Source of the DNA: an uncultured Gemmatimonadota bacterium
GTDB lineage: Bacteria; Gemmatimonadota; Gemmatimonadetes; Palauibacterales; Palauibacteraceae
Length of the DNA stretch: 64,000 nucleotides
Assembly (NCBI GenBank): GCA_964465015.1
Contig: CAYXHP010000072.1
Location: 5,355 to 69,354, forward strand
Direction: 5' to 3'
Part shown: piece by piece, positions 36,400 to 47,781 of the stretch
Layout: each line of letters starts with the position of its first letter
Numbering within the stretch: position 1 is the stretch's first letter
The notes under the pieces: generated by a model
What the model saw: the letters and a program-made list of their open reading frames with translations, nothing else
Databases searched by the model: none
What the model was told of the DNA's origin: nothing
Made by a program: the position numbers and the translations under genes

Positions 36400-37482
36400 T
36401 CAGACTCCCAGGTCGACCACTCCGACGATCGGGTGGTGATCGGAGCCGTAGCGATCGTCGATCGTGCGGACCGTGGACGCCCACCCGGCGGGAAGCCGGA
36501 ACATCAGGTAGTCGAGCTTCCGTGACAGCACGCCGGCCATGGTGAAGGTCGGCGCGTCCTCTCCTGGCGTATCCGGGAAGCTGGCACGCAGAACGCGGGG
36601 CGCTTCCTCCAGCGCCGCGGCGCTCCACGTGTTGAGGTCCGCGCCCACCACGACGGCGTCTCCCGTCAACTCTCGCGCCACCACCCGCGCCTGCCTCGCG
36701 CGTGCCGCTCCGAAGCAGTCCCCGATTCGTGACCACGGCGCGCGGTGGGCCAGGTGGACGCTGGCCACTCGAAGGCTCCAGGGGCGACCGCCGCGAGTGG
36801 ATCCGGCGACGGTGCCCGCGACGACCACCCGTCGCTGCACCTCGAGAGGGAGCTCGATGGCCGTGGGCTCGTCCAGCGGCAGACTCGAGAGAAGGGCGTT
36901 CCCCCGATCCTCGTCGCCCTCGCCATTCCTCATGGACGGGGCGTAGAATAGGTAGAGGCCGAGGCGGCGCGCGGCCTCCACGACGTCCAGGCGCTCTCCC
37001 GAGGGCGGCGCCTCGACGATGCGACCGGCGGACCTGGCGCCGGGCTCGGAGGGCGGAAGGTCCGGGGCGACCCGGTAGCCCTCCTGAAGCAGCAGGACGA
37101 AGTTCTCCACCCTGCCGCCGCCCGTGAGGGCGCCGGCACGGAGATCCTCCACCAGGCGCACCAGGTCACCGCCGCCGACGTGTACGTTCCAGCTCACCAC
37201 GACGAGCGAGTCCGAGGGTCGCGCCGGGAGGCCGGACGGTCGTTCCACGACGGCGGGCCCCACGGCGGAGCACCACGCCTCGAGCCCGCGGCCCCGGTCC
37301 GGCCGGGCGGGGGTGAGCCAAACCACCGGAACGGCGGAGCCCACCGCGTCAACGGTGTTCATGCAATGACTTCCTTCGCCCGGTGGCGGCGCCGCCCGGG
37401 CCGTGACGCACGCTCCCGCGCCAGCGGCCGCGACACCGGCCAGCGCGATGCGGCGTATCGTAGCGGGAGATCCATGGGTCAT
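36400..37482 (-). CDS. endonuclease/exonuclease/phosphatase (EEP) family protein, secreted
   Basis: It has a signal peptide and the terminal EEP motif SDHHPIVGVV. Confidence 0.75.
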   Translation of the reverse strand: MTHGSPATIRRIALAGVAAAGAGACVTARAAPPPGEGSHCMNTVDAVGSAVPVVWLTPARPDRGRGLEAWCSAVGPAVVERPSGLPARPSDSLVVVSWNVHVGGGDLVRLVEDLRAGALTGGGRVENFVLLLQEGYRVAPDLPPSEPGARSAGRIVEAPPSGERLDVVEAARRLGLYLFYAPSMRNGEGDEDRGNALLSSLPLDEPTAIELPLEVQRRVVVAGTVAGSTRGGRPWSLRVASVHLAHRAPWSRIGDCFGAARARQARVVARELTGDAVVVGADLNTWSAAALEEAPRVLRASFPDTPGEDAPTFTMAGVLSRKLDYLMFRLPAGWASTVRTIDDRYGSDHHPIVGVVDLGV

Positions 37483-37568
37483 CGCGATCTGCTACCCCGG
37501 AGTTTCCGCCGGCGGTTCGGGAGGACGCGGCGCCCGGGCCCATCCGCCGACCCTGGACCCGTCGACTC

Positions 37569-38936
37569 GTGGTGCTGATCCTCGCCGCGATGGCCGCGGC
37601 GGCGGTGGCGGTCCTCCTGCTCCGAATTGCCGACGTGGTGCGGGGGCGTCCGATCCGCACGGTGGTCGAGGGCACGCCCGGCGAGCGGCCGCCCGCTGTT
37701 TCCGATCCACGGTTCCTGGAGGTGGCTTCGGCCGCGATCGGCACCGACCTGGAGCGAGGGAACCGCGTCGAGATCCTGACCGACACGGCCATCTTCCACC
37801 GGATGCTCGCCGACGTCTCGGCCGCCCGGCGATCGGTCACGGTGCAGGCCTACTACTGCGAGCCCGGCCGGCTCGGCGACCGGCTGACCGAAGCTCTCGC
37901 GGACCGAGCACGCGCCGGCATTCGGGTGCTCGTCCTCGGCGACGGCTTCGGCTGCGGCCGATTCCTGCGCAGCGTGGCGCCGGGGCTGCGGGCCGCCGGG
38001 GCGAGCGTGGTCGAGTTGCGTCCCGTCCACTGGTACGCCCTCCACCGCGCCCAGCACCGCAGCCACGTTCGGGCCGTGGTGATCGACGGTACCATCGCCT
38101 ACACGGGCGGATTCGGGTTCGCGGACGACTGGATCGGCGATCCGGCCGGAGCCACTCCCTGGCGCGACACGGGGGTGCGCTTCACCGGGCCGGCCGTGCT
38201 GCGGGCCCAGGCCGCGTTCGTCTCCGCGTGGGCCGAGGCGACGGGCCAGCTTCGCGCGGGCTCGCTACTGCTGCCCGGCAACCCGGCCGCCGAGGCGGCA
38301 TCCGCGGCCGGCTCCGGACGGGCGGAGGACACGATGGCCGCCTCGAGCACCGCCGCGACGGAGACATCGGTCGCCGAGGCGGACTCGGTCACCGCCGGAC
38401 TGCTGCTCTCCGAGCCCGGCCTCGGCACGACCTCGGCCGAGCGCTACCTGGCGCTCAGCATCGCCGGCGCCCGGCACACCCTGTACGTCACGAATTCCTA
38501 CTTCGTGCCGACGCCGGCCCTCGTGACGCTGCTGGTGGCGGCCGCGAGGCACGGCGTGGACGTCCGCCTCCTCCTCCCGGGCCGGCGCACGGACGTACCC
38601 AGCACGCGCTATGCCGGCCGCGTCTTCTACGGCGAGCTGCTCGCGGCGGGCGTCCGCATCTGGGAGTACCGGCCCACCATGATCCACGCCAAGACCTTCG
38701 TGGCCGACGGCGTGTGGTCCTCGGTGGGGGGAATCAACCTGGACAACCGGTCGCTGCGGCTGAACACCGAGGCCGCTCTCCTGATCCACGATCGGCGGAT
38801 CGGCACGGCCCTGGACTCGCTGTTCCGGGCCGACCTGGAGCGAGCCGACGAGGTCACGCTGGAGCGCTATCGGGCGCGGTCGACCTGGGAGCGGATCCGC
38901 GACCGCGCAGTGCATCTGGTGGCGCCCATCCTCTGA
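37569..38936 (+). CDS. cls: cardiolipin synthase / phospholipase D family (two PLD domains)
   Basis: It has an N-terminal TM helix and a second HKD motif HAKTFVADGVWSSVGGINLDNRS. The overall Cls architecture is present. Confidence 0.85.
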   Translation: MVLILAAMAAAAVAVLLLRIADVVRGRPIRTVVEGTPGERPPAVSDPRFLEVASAAIGTDLERGNRVEILTDTAIFHRMLADVSAARRSVTVQAYYCEPGRLGDRLTEALADRARAGIRVLVLGDGFGCGRFLRSVAPGLRAAGASVVELRPVHWYALHRAQHRSHVRAVVIDGTIAYTGGFGFADDWIGDPAGATPWRDTGVRFTGPAVLRAQAAFVSAWAEATGQLRAGSLLLPGNPAAEAASAAGSGRAEDTMAASSTAATETSVAEADSVTAGLLLSEPGLGTTSAERYLALSIAGARHTLYVTNSYFVPTPALVTLLVAAARHGVDVRLLLPGRRTDVPSTRYAGRVFYGELLAAGVRIWEYRPTMIHAKTFVADGVWSSVGGINLDNRSLRLNTEAALLIHDRRIGTALDSLFRADLERADEVTLERYRARSTWERIRDRAVHLVAPIL

Positions 38937-39932
38937 TCAGACGACCTCGAGCGCCCGGACCGGCGGCAGGGCGCCCATCACGTAGATCCATTCGCCATCC
39001 CGGTCGACGGCATAGTGGATCTCGCCTCCGCTGGTGGCGGCGAAGAAGCGGCCCGGGCCTTCGAGGTCGAAGGCGAGACCGGTGATCCCGTCGCGCACTC
39101 CGCGCGGATTCCACAGGGCCCGCTGGCTCCAGGAGGCGGCCCCATCGTGGCTCACGAACAGCCGCGGCCCGGCGCCCCCGGGGCTCTCCGCCCACGCTCC
39201 CGGCGTCCCGGCCGCCGTGGCCAGGAGCAGGGCCGGACCGTCGCGCTCGGGATCTTCGGGCGAGAGCCGGAAGGCCGTGCAATAGGCGCTGCCGATCGGC
39301 TCCCGTGGGGCGATCCACTGCTCCCCCCTCTCTTCGCTCACGTAGAGCCCCCCTCCGGTGGCGGCGTACAGGCGGCCCACCCGGATCGGGTCGGCGGCCA
39401 GGACATGTACGTCCTCGTACAACCCATCGTGGATCGGCCGCCAGCTCCGGCCGCCGTCCTCGCTCCGGTAGGCACCGCCGACCTCGATGCCCGCGTACAG
39501 ACGCTGCTCGTCCAGCGGGTCCACGGCCAGCGTCTCCACGTGAGGCCGTCGTTCGCCGTAGCCCTTCCACTCCTCGGTCGGAGCGAGCGCCACGAGGCCC
39601 TCGAGCTCCTCCCAGGTGCCGCCCCCGTCCACCGACGCGAACACGCCGGCCGGCTCCACCCCGACGTAGAGGACCTCGCCGCGATGACGGCCCGTCACCG
39701 AGCGCACCGCCCGGCCGTCCGGCACGCGGAACCGGGGGGCCCAGCTCTCGCCCCGGTCGCGCGACACGTACAGGCGCCCCGACTCCGTGCCGCAGAAGAC
39801 CGCGCCTTCCGTGGCCCACAGGCAGGTCGCCGGGTGGCCGGGCATGGCCTCGGCCTTGAGCTGGGCACGATACTCTCCCGCCAACCACCGGTAGACCTGG
39901 ACGCCATCAGGTGTCCCCACTATGAGCCGCAT
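38937..39932 (-). CDS. BNR/sialidase-like (Ycf48-like) beta-propeller protein
   Basis: There are multiple S-x-D-x-G-x-[ST]-W repeats (SRDRGESW, SVDGGGTW, SEDGGRSW, SEERGEQW, SHDGAASW). Confidence 0.7.
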   Translation of the reverse strand: MRLIVGTPDGVQVYRWLAGEYRAQLKAEAMPGHPATCLWATEGAVFCGTESGRLYVSRDRGESWAPRFRVPDGRAVRSVTGRHRGEVLYVGVEPAGVFASVDGGGTWEELEGLVALAPTEEWKGYGERRPHVETLAVDPLDEQRLYAGIEVGGAYRSEDGGRSWRPIHDGLYEDVHVLAADPIRVGRLYAATGGGLYVSEERGEQWIAPREPIGSAYCTAFRLSPEDPERDGPALLLATAAGTPGAWAESPGGAGPRLFVSHDGAASWSQRALWNPRGVRDGITGLAFDLEGPGRFFAATSGGEIHYAVDRDGEWIYVMGALPPVRALEVV

Positions 39933-40129
39933 GTGATGTCCCTTCCCGTGTCATCCTGTGGATGGATCGTGCCCTCGATTCACCTCGCCGGCGCGCGACT
40001 TCCCACCTGCCGGCGCACGACGGGGAAGCGGTGGCGCGAGGACCGGCCCGGGCCGCCGCCCTCCCCGAGGACCGCCGTGTCCGCAGACCCGCCCTCCCGC
40101 CCGGCGGTCCGCGGACCGCCGGGAAGGTC

Positions 40130-41527
<1,398 letters not shown>

Positions 41528-41540
41528 CGTGCTCGCCTCT

Positions 41541-42077
41541 TCAGAACTTGACCGTATCGCCGACCTTCACACCGTTCCGTTCGAACCACCCCTTCGCCAT
41601 CTCGAGCGCGTACATGGACGGCCTGGCCGAAGTGTGGAGCGAGTCGCTCTCCGCCTTCATGTGCTGGATGTCCACGATCGACCCGGCGGCGGTGATGAAC
41701 GCGATGTCGAGGGGGATCTCGGTGTTCCGCATCCAGAAGGACAGCGTCTGTTCGCTCGGGTACACGAACAACATGCCGTGATCGGTGGGTAGCGAGTCAC
41801 GGTACATGAGCCCGCGCTGACGTGCCAGGTCGTTGTCCGCCACCTCGGCGGTGACCACGTGGCCTCCGACGTCCAGGTGCGTCACCTGGAGGCCGGAGGA
41901 GCTCACCGTGTCCGCCGAGGACGCGGCGACGGCGGATGTGCCGGCCGACGGCGGGGCGGCCGCGGATTCGGATCGGCTGGCGGCCGCCGAGGCGGAGTCG
42001 CCTCCGCACGCGGCCACCAGCAGCGCTCCGGCCAGCAGCGCCGCACCGGCCGCTGGTCCTGTCGACCGTTCGAACAC
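41541..42077 (-). CDS. DUF192-domain secreted lipoprotein
   Basis: GAGGAG-N6-GTG start. It has the lipobox LVAACG. The DUF192 core is MLFVYPSEQTLSFWMRNTEIPLDIAFI...SMYALEMAKGWF. Confidence 0.65.
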   Translation of the reverse strand: MFERSTGPAAGAALLAGALLVAACGGDSASAAASRSESAAAPPSAGTSAVAASSADTVSSSGLQVTHLDVGGHVVTAEVADNDLARQRGLMYRDSLPTDHGMLFVYPSEQTLSFWMRNTEIPLDIAFITAAGSIVDIQHMKAESDSLHTSARPSMYALEMAKGWFERNGVKVGDTVKF

Positions 42078-42245
42078 GGCATCTCCTCGTTCGGAATCCC
42101 ACGCCGCCGCCGGGGTCGGTCCGGCCGCTCCGCGGCAACTTCCTTCCGCCCCCACCCTCATGCAAGGCCGACGCCGGGTCCCCCGGCACGGGGGTCCGCG
42201 GTGGCGGCGGTGGCGGCCGCGACCTATAAGGAGAGGACGGCTGGA

Positions 42246-42668
42246 ATGGACGCCTCGACAAGGACGATGGCCATGCGCCGACGAGCCGCCCCCGCCCTCC
42301 TCCTCTGCCTTCCTCTCCTCGCCGCCGGCTGCCTGGCCGCTGCGGCCGGGGCCGGAGCCGGCGGTCTCTACCTGACGACGCGCGGCGTGGGTCAGGTGAT
42401 CGAGGGGGGCATCGAGCCCGTGACCTCCGCCACCCGTGACGCCTTCCAGACCCTCGGAGTCGACTACAAGGGGCAGAAGGACTCCGACGATGGGAAGAGC
42501 CGCGAAGTATGGGGAAAGTCGGGCGAAGACGACGTGACGGTGGACCTGGAGCGCCGCACGGACGTGGCCACCAAGGTGGAGGTGTCGGTCAAGACCGGCG
42601 CCGTCACCTGGGACAAGGACATGGCGCGGAAGATCCTGGACGAGATCCGGAAGAACCGACAGGGGTAG
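42246..42668 (+). CDS. DUF3568-like small lipoprotein
   Basis: AAGGAGAGG then ATG. The lipobox is LAAGC. Confidence 0.6.
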   Translation: MDASTRTMAMRRRAAPALLLCLPLLAAGCLAAAAGAGAGGLYLTTRGVGQVIEGGIEPVTSATRDAFQTLGVDYKGQKDSDDGKSREVWGKSGEDDVTVDLERRTDVATKVEVSVKTGAVTWDKDMARKILDEIRKNRQG

Positions 42669-42702
42669 GAGGAGGAAGGCACACCGGGACCAGGAGGCCA
42701 GG

Positions 42703-43437
42703 ATGATCTTCCCCAACGTGCGCGCTTCTTTCGGTCGCGACGAAGCGGCTCGCGTGATACGCACCCTGGCCGATGGGGATGCGGGCCGCGCCAGCGAATG
42801 GAGGACCGTGCTGGCCGAGCGTGGCCTCGACCCGCTCCTGGACGACCCCTCCCTTCCCGGCCTTCTGATGGGGGGCTCCCGAACCGTAGAGGATCTCTCG
42901 CTCGGCCTGGTCCTCTACGTCCTGGTCCGGCACGCCCTCCTCGAGAGCGGCGTGGAGAGCCGCATCATCGCCGACTACGTCTCCGCCCTCGTCCTCGAGT
43001 TCGGCTTCCGTGGCCGATCCCACCGCATCTCCGACCAGGACGGCCGCGAGTATCACTATCTGGTCGACATTCTCGCCGACATGGCCACGGCGCGGGGGAG
43101 GCGAGCGTTCCTGCTCCAGGCGCACCTGGGAAACTTCGCACTGTGGCTGTCCGGACTGTTCCCCGACCACATCGAGTCGCGGATGCACGGCCGCGGGGGA
43201 CCGGACCTGTCCTACTACGAGGAGATGGGCCGGACCGGCTACCGGATGGCCGCCGACGCCCCGGTAGCCCGCCAGGAGTCCCTGGACCGCCTGTACCGCG
43301 ATGCGGCGGAGGCTTTCGTGGAGCTTCGGCGGGGCCTCAACCGGGTCTCGGACCGCTACCTGGTGCCGAAGAGGGCGGCTTCGGTGGACCGCCTGCTGCG
43401 CCAGGTGAGAGACACCGTCCAGGAGCGGGAGAGCTGA
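42703..43437 (+). CDS. hypothetical protein
   Basis: 244-aa ORF of protein-like composition with no recognisable motif. Confidence 0.55.
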   Translation: MIFPNVRASFGRDEAARVIRTLADGDAGRASEWRTVLAERGLDPLLDDPSLPGLLMGGSRTVEDLSLGLVLYVLVRHALLESGVESRIIADYVSALVLEFGFRGRSHRISDQDGREYHYLVDILADMATARGRRAFLLQAHLGNFALWLSGLFPDHIESRMHGRGGPDLSYYEEMGRTGYRMAADAPVARQESLDRLYRDAAEAFVELRRGLNRVSDRYLVPKRAASVDRLLRQVRDTVQERES

Positions 43438-43606
43438 GAGGCGGGGGTGAAGCGGTCCGTGGGACCGAGGGTCGGCCGGGGCCGCGAATCGATAATGACT
43501 ATTGATTCGAGCCTCCTGGCGGCCTAGCTTCCCGTCACCGAGCCATGCCGGAAGCACGAGGGCGCGCGCTCCGGCATCACGCGGCCGTACTCCGAGGCAC
43601 GAGCCC

Positions 43607-44113
43607 ATGGACACCACTCTCCAGACCCGACCTCCGCTGGGCTGCGCTGCAGTCATGATGAGCGTGTTCCGCGCCAGCCTGCAGGAGCACCAGCTCCCCG
43701 TCACGCAACAGCGGGAGACGGTGGCGGGCATCCTGTTCGAGTCCACCGGTCACCTGTCGGCCGACGATATCGCCGCCCGGCTCAGCGAGCGTGGCGATCA
43801 CGTCGGCAAGGCCACGATCTATCGGACCCTGAACCTCCTGGTGGACGTCGGGCTGGCCACGGAACACGACTTCGACGAGGGCTTCAAGCGCTACGAGGCC
43901 CGCATCGGGCCCTCGCGCCACGATCACCTGATCTGCACCTCGTGCGGGGAGGTGTTCGAGTTCCACCGACCGGAGCTCGACGCGCTCCAGGAGGAGATCG
44001 GGGCCGAGACCGGCTTCAGGCCCCTCACCCGGCAGGTCAAGATCTACGGCCTGTGCGCCGAGTGCGACGCCGCCGAGGCGCGCGAGGGAGAGGATCTCCG
44101 TCGTGCCGGGTAG
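43607..44113 (+). CDS. fur: Fur-family metalloregulator
   Basis: The DNA-binding helix is ATIYRTLNLLVDVGL. The metal sites are HDHLICTSCGEVFEF and the C-terminal CAEC. An alternative start is the ATG at 43655. Confidence 0.8.
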   Translation: MDTTLQTRPPLGCAAVMMSVFRASLQEHQLPVTQQRETVAGILFESTGHLSADDIAARLSERGDHVGKATIYRTLNLLVDVGLATEHDFDEGFKRYEARIGPSRHDHLICTSCGEVFEFHRPELDALQEEIGAETGFRPLTRQVKIYGLCAECDAAEAREGEDLRRAG

Positions 44114-44167
44114 GCCGGGCCACCGCGCTGCCGGCCCGCCGCCACTCTTCCCGCACGGCCGCTTCGC

Positions 44168-44734
44168 GTGAGCCGCGCGAGCGAGCGGCTCCTCCAGCTC
44201 CTGGCGCAGCGCTCCTTCCGCCTGGGCGACTTCGAGCTCGCCTCCGGTCGCCACAGCGACTACTACATCGACTGCCGTACCACCACGATGCACGCCGAGG
44301 GGCAGGCGCTCCTGGGCGAGGTGGCCCTGGACGCCTTGCACGAAGCGGAGCTCCATCCCGACCTCGTCGGTGGGCTCACCATGGGCGCCGACCCTATCTC
44401 GTACTCGATCGCCGGCGAGAGCTGGCGCCGCGGGGAGCCGGTCCACGCCTTCTCGGTCCGAAAGCGCGCCAAGGACCACGGACGTGGCCGCCGCATCGAG
44501 GGCTGCTTCGAGGCCGGCGCACGCGTGGTGGTGGTGGAGGACGTGATCACGACCGGAGGCTCGGCCCTGCAGGCGATTCGCGAGGTCGCGACCGAGAACG
44601 GCCAGGTGCTGGGTGTACTGGCGCTGGTGGACCGGGAGGAAGGCGGACGGCAGGCCATCGAGCGGGAGGGCCATCGGGTGATCGCCCTGTACACGGCCGG
44701 CGAGCTCCGGGACGCCTACCGGCAGCTCGACTGA
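44168..44734 (+). CDS. pyrE: orotate phosphoribosyltransferase
   Basis: The PRPP-binding loop is VVVVEDVITTGGS. The N-terminal segment FELASGRHSDYYID is typical of PyrE. Confidence 0.85.
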   Translation: MSRASERLLQLLAQRSFRLGDFELASGRHSDYYIDCRTTTMHAEGQALLGEVALDALHEAELHPDLVGGLTMGADPISYSIAGESWRRGEPVHAFSVRKRAKDHGRGRRIEGCFEAGARVVVVEDVITTGGSALQAIREVATENGQVLGVLALVDREEGGRQAIEREGHRVIALYTAGELRDAYRQLD

Positions 44735-44809
44735 AACAGACGAACCGGTGAGGGGTTTGGAGCAGGAACGGCCGCTTTTCGACCCGTGTTCGGTGGAGGA
44801 CAGGCCCAC

Positions 44810-45388
44810 GTGATCCGCTTCACGGAAACCGCCCGCCAGCGCGTGCTGGCGTTCATGGAGGAGGAGGGTGAGAAGGGACTCGCGGTCCGCATCGACCTGC
44901 GCGACTCGAGTCCCTTCGCCCCGGAATACGACCTGGCCCTGATCGGTCCCGAAGAGATCATCGAGGACGACCGGGCGTTCGACCAGGGAGGTTTCCGTCT
45001 CTACGCGGCACCGACCGCCGCCGAGTTCCTGGAGGGCTCGGAGATCGACTGGGTCGAATCGCTGCAGGGAACCGGCTTCAAGGTCGACAACCCCAACGTG
45101 AGGCCGCTCGGGTCCGAGCCTCCCAGCGGTCCGCTCGCCGAGCGGGTCGAACAGGTGCTGCGCGAGCAGATCAACCCCGGGGTCGCCTCCCATGGCGGCC
45201 ACGTCAGCCTGGTCGACATCCGCGACGGAGTCGTCTTCCTCCGCATGAGCGGCGGGTGCCAGGGGTGCGGGATGGCCTCCGTGACCCTGACGCAGGGTAT
45301 CAAGGAGGCGCTGCGTCGCGCGATACCCGAGGTGCGGGGGGTCGAGGACGTCACCGACCACTCCGCCGGCCGGAACCCCTACTACTAG
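44810..45388 (+). CDS. nfuA: Fe-S cluster biogenesis protein NfuA (HesB/IscA-like N-domain + NifU C-domain)
   Basis: GGAGGA-N10-GTG start. The C-terminal segment is GGHVSLVDIRDGVVFLRMSGGCQGCGMASVTL (CxxC). Confidence 0.8.
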   Translation: MIRFTETARQRVLAFMEEEGEKGLAVRIDLRDSSPFAPEYDLALIGPEEIIEDDRAFDQGGFRLYAAPTAAEFLEGSEIDWVESLQGTGFKVDNPNVRPLGSEPPSGPLAERVEQVLREQINPGVASHGGHVSLVDIRDGVVFLRMSGGCQGCGMASVTLTQGIKEALRRAIPEVRGVEDVTDHSAGRNPYY

Positions 45389-45392
45389 TCCC

Positions 45393-46622
45393 CTAGCGCA
45401 GGATCCCCGCCACCCCCGTCTCCGTGGGCATGCGCTCCGCGGGGAGCACGAGCGCGTTTCCGCCGTGCAGGATCACCACCTCGGCGAGCTCGTCCAGGAG
45501 CTCGGCCGCCTCCCCGGATGGATCGTCGCCGCCCTCCTTCTCGATCTCGATCGCGCCGGTCTCACGGTCCAGGCGGCCCCACACCCGTCGGTCACGCTCG
45601 GTGAGGAGCAGTCGGATACGGCCGGCCACGGCCAGGTGAGCCAGGTTGGCCAGGTCCAGCTCCCCCTTGCCGCGCCCGTAGGATCCCTCCCACAGGTCCA
45701 GGGCCCGGTCGATCTCGCGGTCCACCTGCGCCCGCGCGATCGGCCACGCCGCCTGGTGGACGCGCTCGGCGCTCCAATCGGCGACGGAGGCCTCGATCCC
45801 CTGCTCGGCCAGGTTGCGCAGCCGGCTCACGTCGCGGTACAGGGAGTGGTATTCCTTGACCGCGGCCAGGACCAGCGGTCCGATCTCTCCCTCGAGCATG
45901 TCCTGCAGTCCCTCGTCGACCGCCTTGAAGAACCGGCGGAGCTCGGGCTCGTCGTCGTCGGCGCCGACCCCGTGGCCGTGGAAGACCGGCATCACGCCAC
46001 CCCGACCGTGCGTGCCGTGCGTATCCCGGGTGTACTTGCGGCGGAGCACGATCTTCTGATCGCGTTCGAACTCGTAGCCCAGAGCTTCCATGAGGTTGCG
46101 CGGCACGCCCTGGAGGTCGATGGGGCTCGCTCCGGCCGCCGTCCCGGACCACAGGACGACCTTCTTCTGGCTCAGCCCGAGCACCCAGTACCGGTCGGGC
46201 GCCTGGAGGTACTCGAGCATCGGGCGGGTATGGAAGGTCGGCGCCACGACCACCAGGTCGGGGAGATCGGCCGGGAGCCGGTAGAGCCGCTGGACGGCGG
46301 GTGAGGCGAATACGGCCAGCCCTCCCGACTGGTACCGCCAGAACTCCTCCTCGCGCGTCAGCGGCTCGAGCTCCGCGGTGAGGGACTCCCCGGCGCCGTT
46401 GGAGCCCTCGGCCGTGCCGAGCAGATCCCGGGCCCGGTCCAGCGCCGCCCGGTACCGGAGGCGATTGGTCTCCGCCTCGCTGCTCGAGCGCTCGGTAGGA
46501 ACGTACATGGAGATGGCGGGACCTTCCCGCTCCTCCAGCAGGGTGCGCAGGTCATCTCGTCCAAAGTAGTCCACGAAAGCCCCCTCTCGTGAGGTCGGCT
46601 CGGTATCAGGCAGCGCGTTCAT
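45393..46622 (-). CDS. hypothetical protein (possibly bacterial eRF1/Pelota-like 'baeRF' fold; unconfirmed)
   Basis: 409 aa of soluble composition. There is no clear motif. The C-terminal ELLDELAEVVILHGGNALVLP resembles the C-domain of eRF1/Pelota-like proteins. Confidence 0.55.
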   Translation of the reverse strand: MNALPDTEPTSREGAFVDYFGRDDLRTLLEEREGPAISMYVPTERSSSEAETNRLRYRAALDRARDLLGTAEGSNGAGESLTAELEPLTREEEFWRYQSGGLAVFASPAVQRLYRLPADLPDLVVVAPTFHTRPMLEYLQAPDRYWVLGLSQKKVVLWSGTAAGASPIDLQGVPRNLMEALGYEFERDQKIVLRRKYTRDTHGTHGRGGVMPVFHGHGVGADDDEPELRRFFKAVDEGLQDMLEGEIGPLVLAAVKEYHSLYRDVSRLRNLAEQGIEASVADWSAERVHQAAWPIARAQVDREIDRALDLWEGSYGRGKGELDLANLAHLAVAGRIRLLLTERDRRVWGRLDRETGAIEIEKEGGDDPSGEAAELLDELAEVVILHGGNALVLPAERMPTETGVAGILR

Positions 46623-46706
46623 CGATTCCCTTCAACCTACGTACCAGCTCCATCGGCGCGGCCACGATCGCCCGACGCGCATCCGCGCCGCATTCGCTAC
46701 GATCCT

Positions 46707-47048
46707 CTAGTCGCCCGGGACGACGGCGTGCAGCACGAGGCCCACGACCGACATGACCAGGGCCCCCAGGAAGGCGGCCCCGAAGCCGCTCAGGGCGAAG
46801 CCCGGCGTGAGAGCGGCGGCCAGGTAGAACAGGACCCCGTTGAGGATCAGGTAGAAGATCCCCAACGTCAGGATCGTGACCGGGAAGGTGAGGAACACCA
46901 GCACCGGCTTGACCACGGCGTTGACGAGGCCGATGACCAGAGCGGCCAGGAGCAGGGCCCGCGTGCCGGCCACGGAGATGCCGGGCACGAGCCACGCGGT
47001 GAACCAGAGGGCGGCGGCGTCGATCAGCCAGTTGACCAGCAGGCGCAT
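46707..47048 (-). CDS. DUF360 / holin-family-4-like small membrane protein
   Basis: 113 aa with 3-4 TM helices. The N-terminal LIDAAALWFTAWLVPGISV matches the DUF360 N-terminal motif. Confidence 0.6.
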   Translation of the reverse strand: MRLLVNWLIDAAALWFTAWLVPGISVAGTRALLLAALVIGLVNAVVKPVLVFLTFPVTILTLGIFYLILNGVLFYLAAALTPGFALSGFGAAFLGALVMSVVGLVLHAVVPGD

Positions 47049-47169
47049 CCGGTGACTCCTTCCATGGGGAACCGCTCTGGCGGCCGACGCCGACGCGCGG
47101 GATCGCCCACCCGTGGCCGCGGACCGGGGCTCCGCGACCACCCGTAATCTAGCGCTCCGGAGGCCCGCC

Positions 47170-47718
47170 ATGAAGATCCAGAGAGATGACGTCACCCTCG
47201 AGCTGGTGCGAGGAAGCATCGCGGCGCAGGAGGGCTTCGACGCGGTGGTGAACGCCGCCAACGCCCGACTGGAACCGGGCGGGGGCGTGGCCGGGGCGAT
47301 CCACCGCGGCGCCGGTCCCGGCCTGGCGCGGGAGTGCCGACCCCTGGGCCCGATCGAGCCCGGCGAGGCCGTACTGACGGGCGGACATCGCCTCCCCAAC
47401 CCCTACGTCATCCACTGCCTGGGTCCGGTGTGGGGCCGGGACGAGCCGGCCGACGAGCTCCTGCGGCGCTGCTACCGGCGAGCGCTCGAGCTGGCCGAGG
47501 AGCACGGTCTCTCCTCCATCGCCTTCCCCGCCCTGTCGACCGGGGCCTTCGGCTACCCGCTCCCCCAGGCCGCCCGGGCCTCGATCGACGAGATCGTGAG
47601 CGCGCTGCCACGCCTCCGTTCGGTGCGGCGGATCCGATTCACGCTGTTCGGAGACGAGGCCCTGGAGGCGTACCGGAAGGCGCTCCGCGACCGAACCGGG
47701 CAGGAGGAGGGAGACTGA
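47170..47718 (+). CDS. macro-domain protein (YmdB-like O-acetyl-ADP-ribose deacetylase)
   Basis: The macro motifs are VVNAANARLEPGGGVAGAIHRGAG and SIAFPALSTGAFGYP. GGAGG lies upstream of the ATG. Confidence 0.8.
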   Translation: MKIQRDDVTLELVRGSIAAQEGFDAVVNAANARLEPGGGVAGAIHRGAGPGLARECRPLGPIEPGEAVLTGGHRLPNPYVIHCLGPVWGRDEPADELLRRCYRRALELAEEHGLSSIAFPALSTGAFGYPLPQAARASIDEIVSALPRLRSVRRIRFTLFGDEALEAYRKALRDRTGQEEGD

Positions 47719-47781
47719 AGGATCGACCGCGGAGATCTCCGGAGACTCGTCCGGCCCGCCGGGGTGGCGCTCGAAGGCCGG

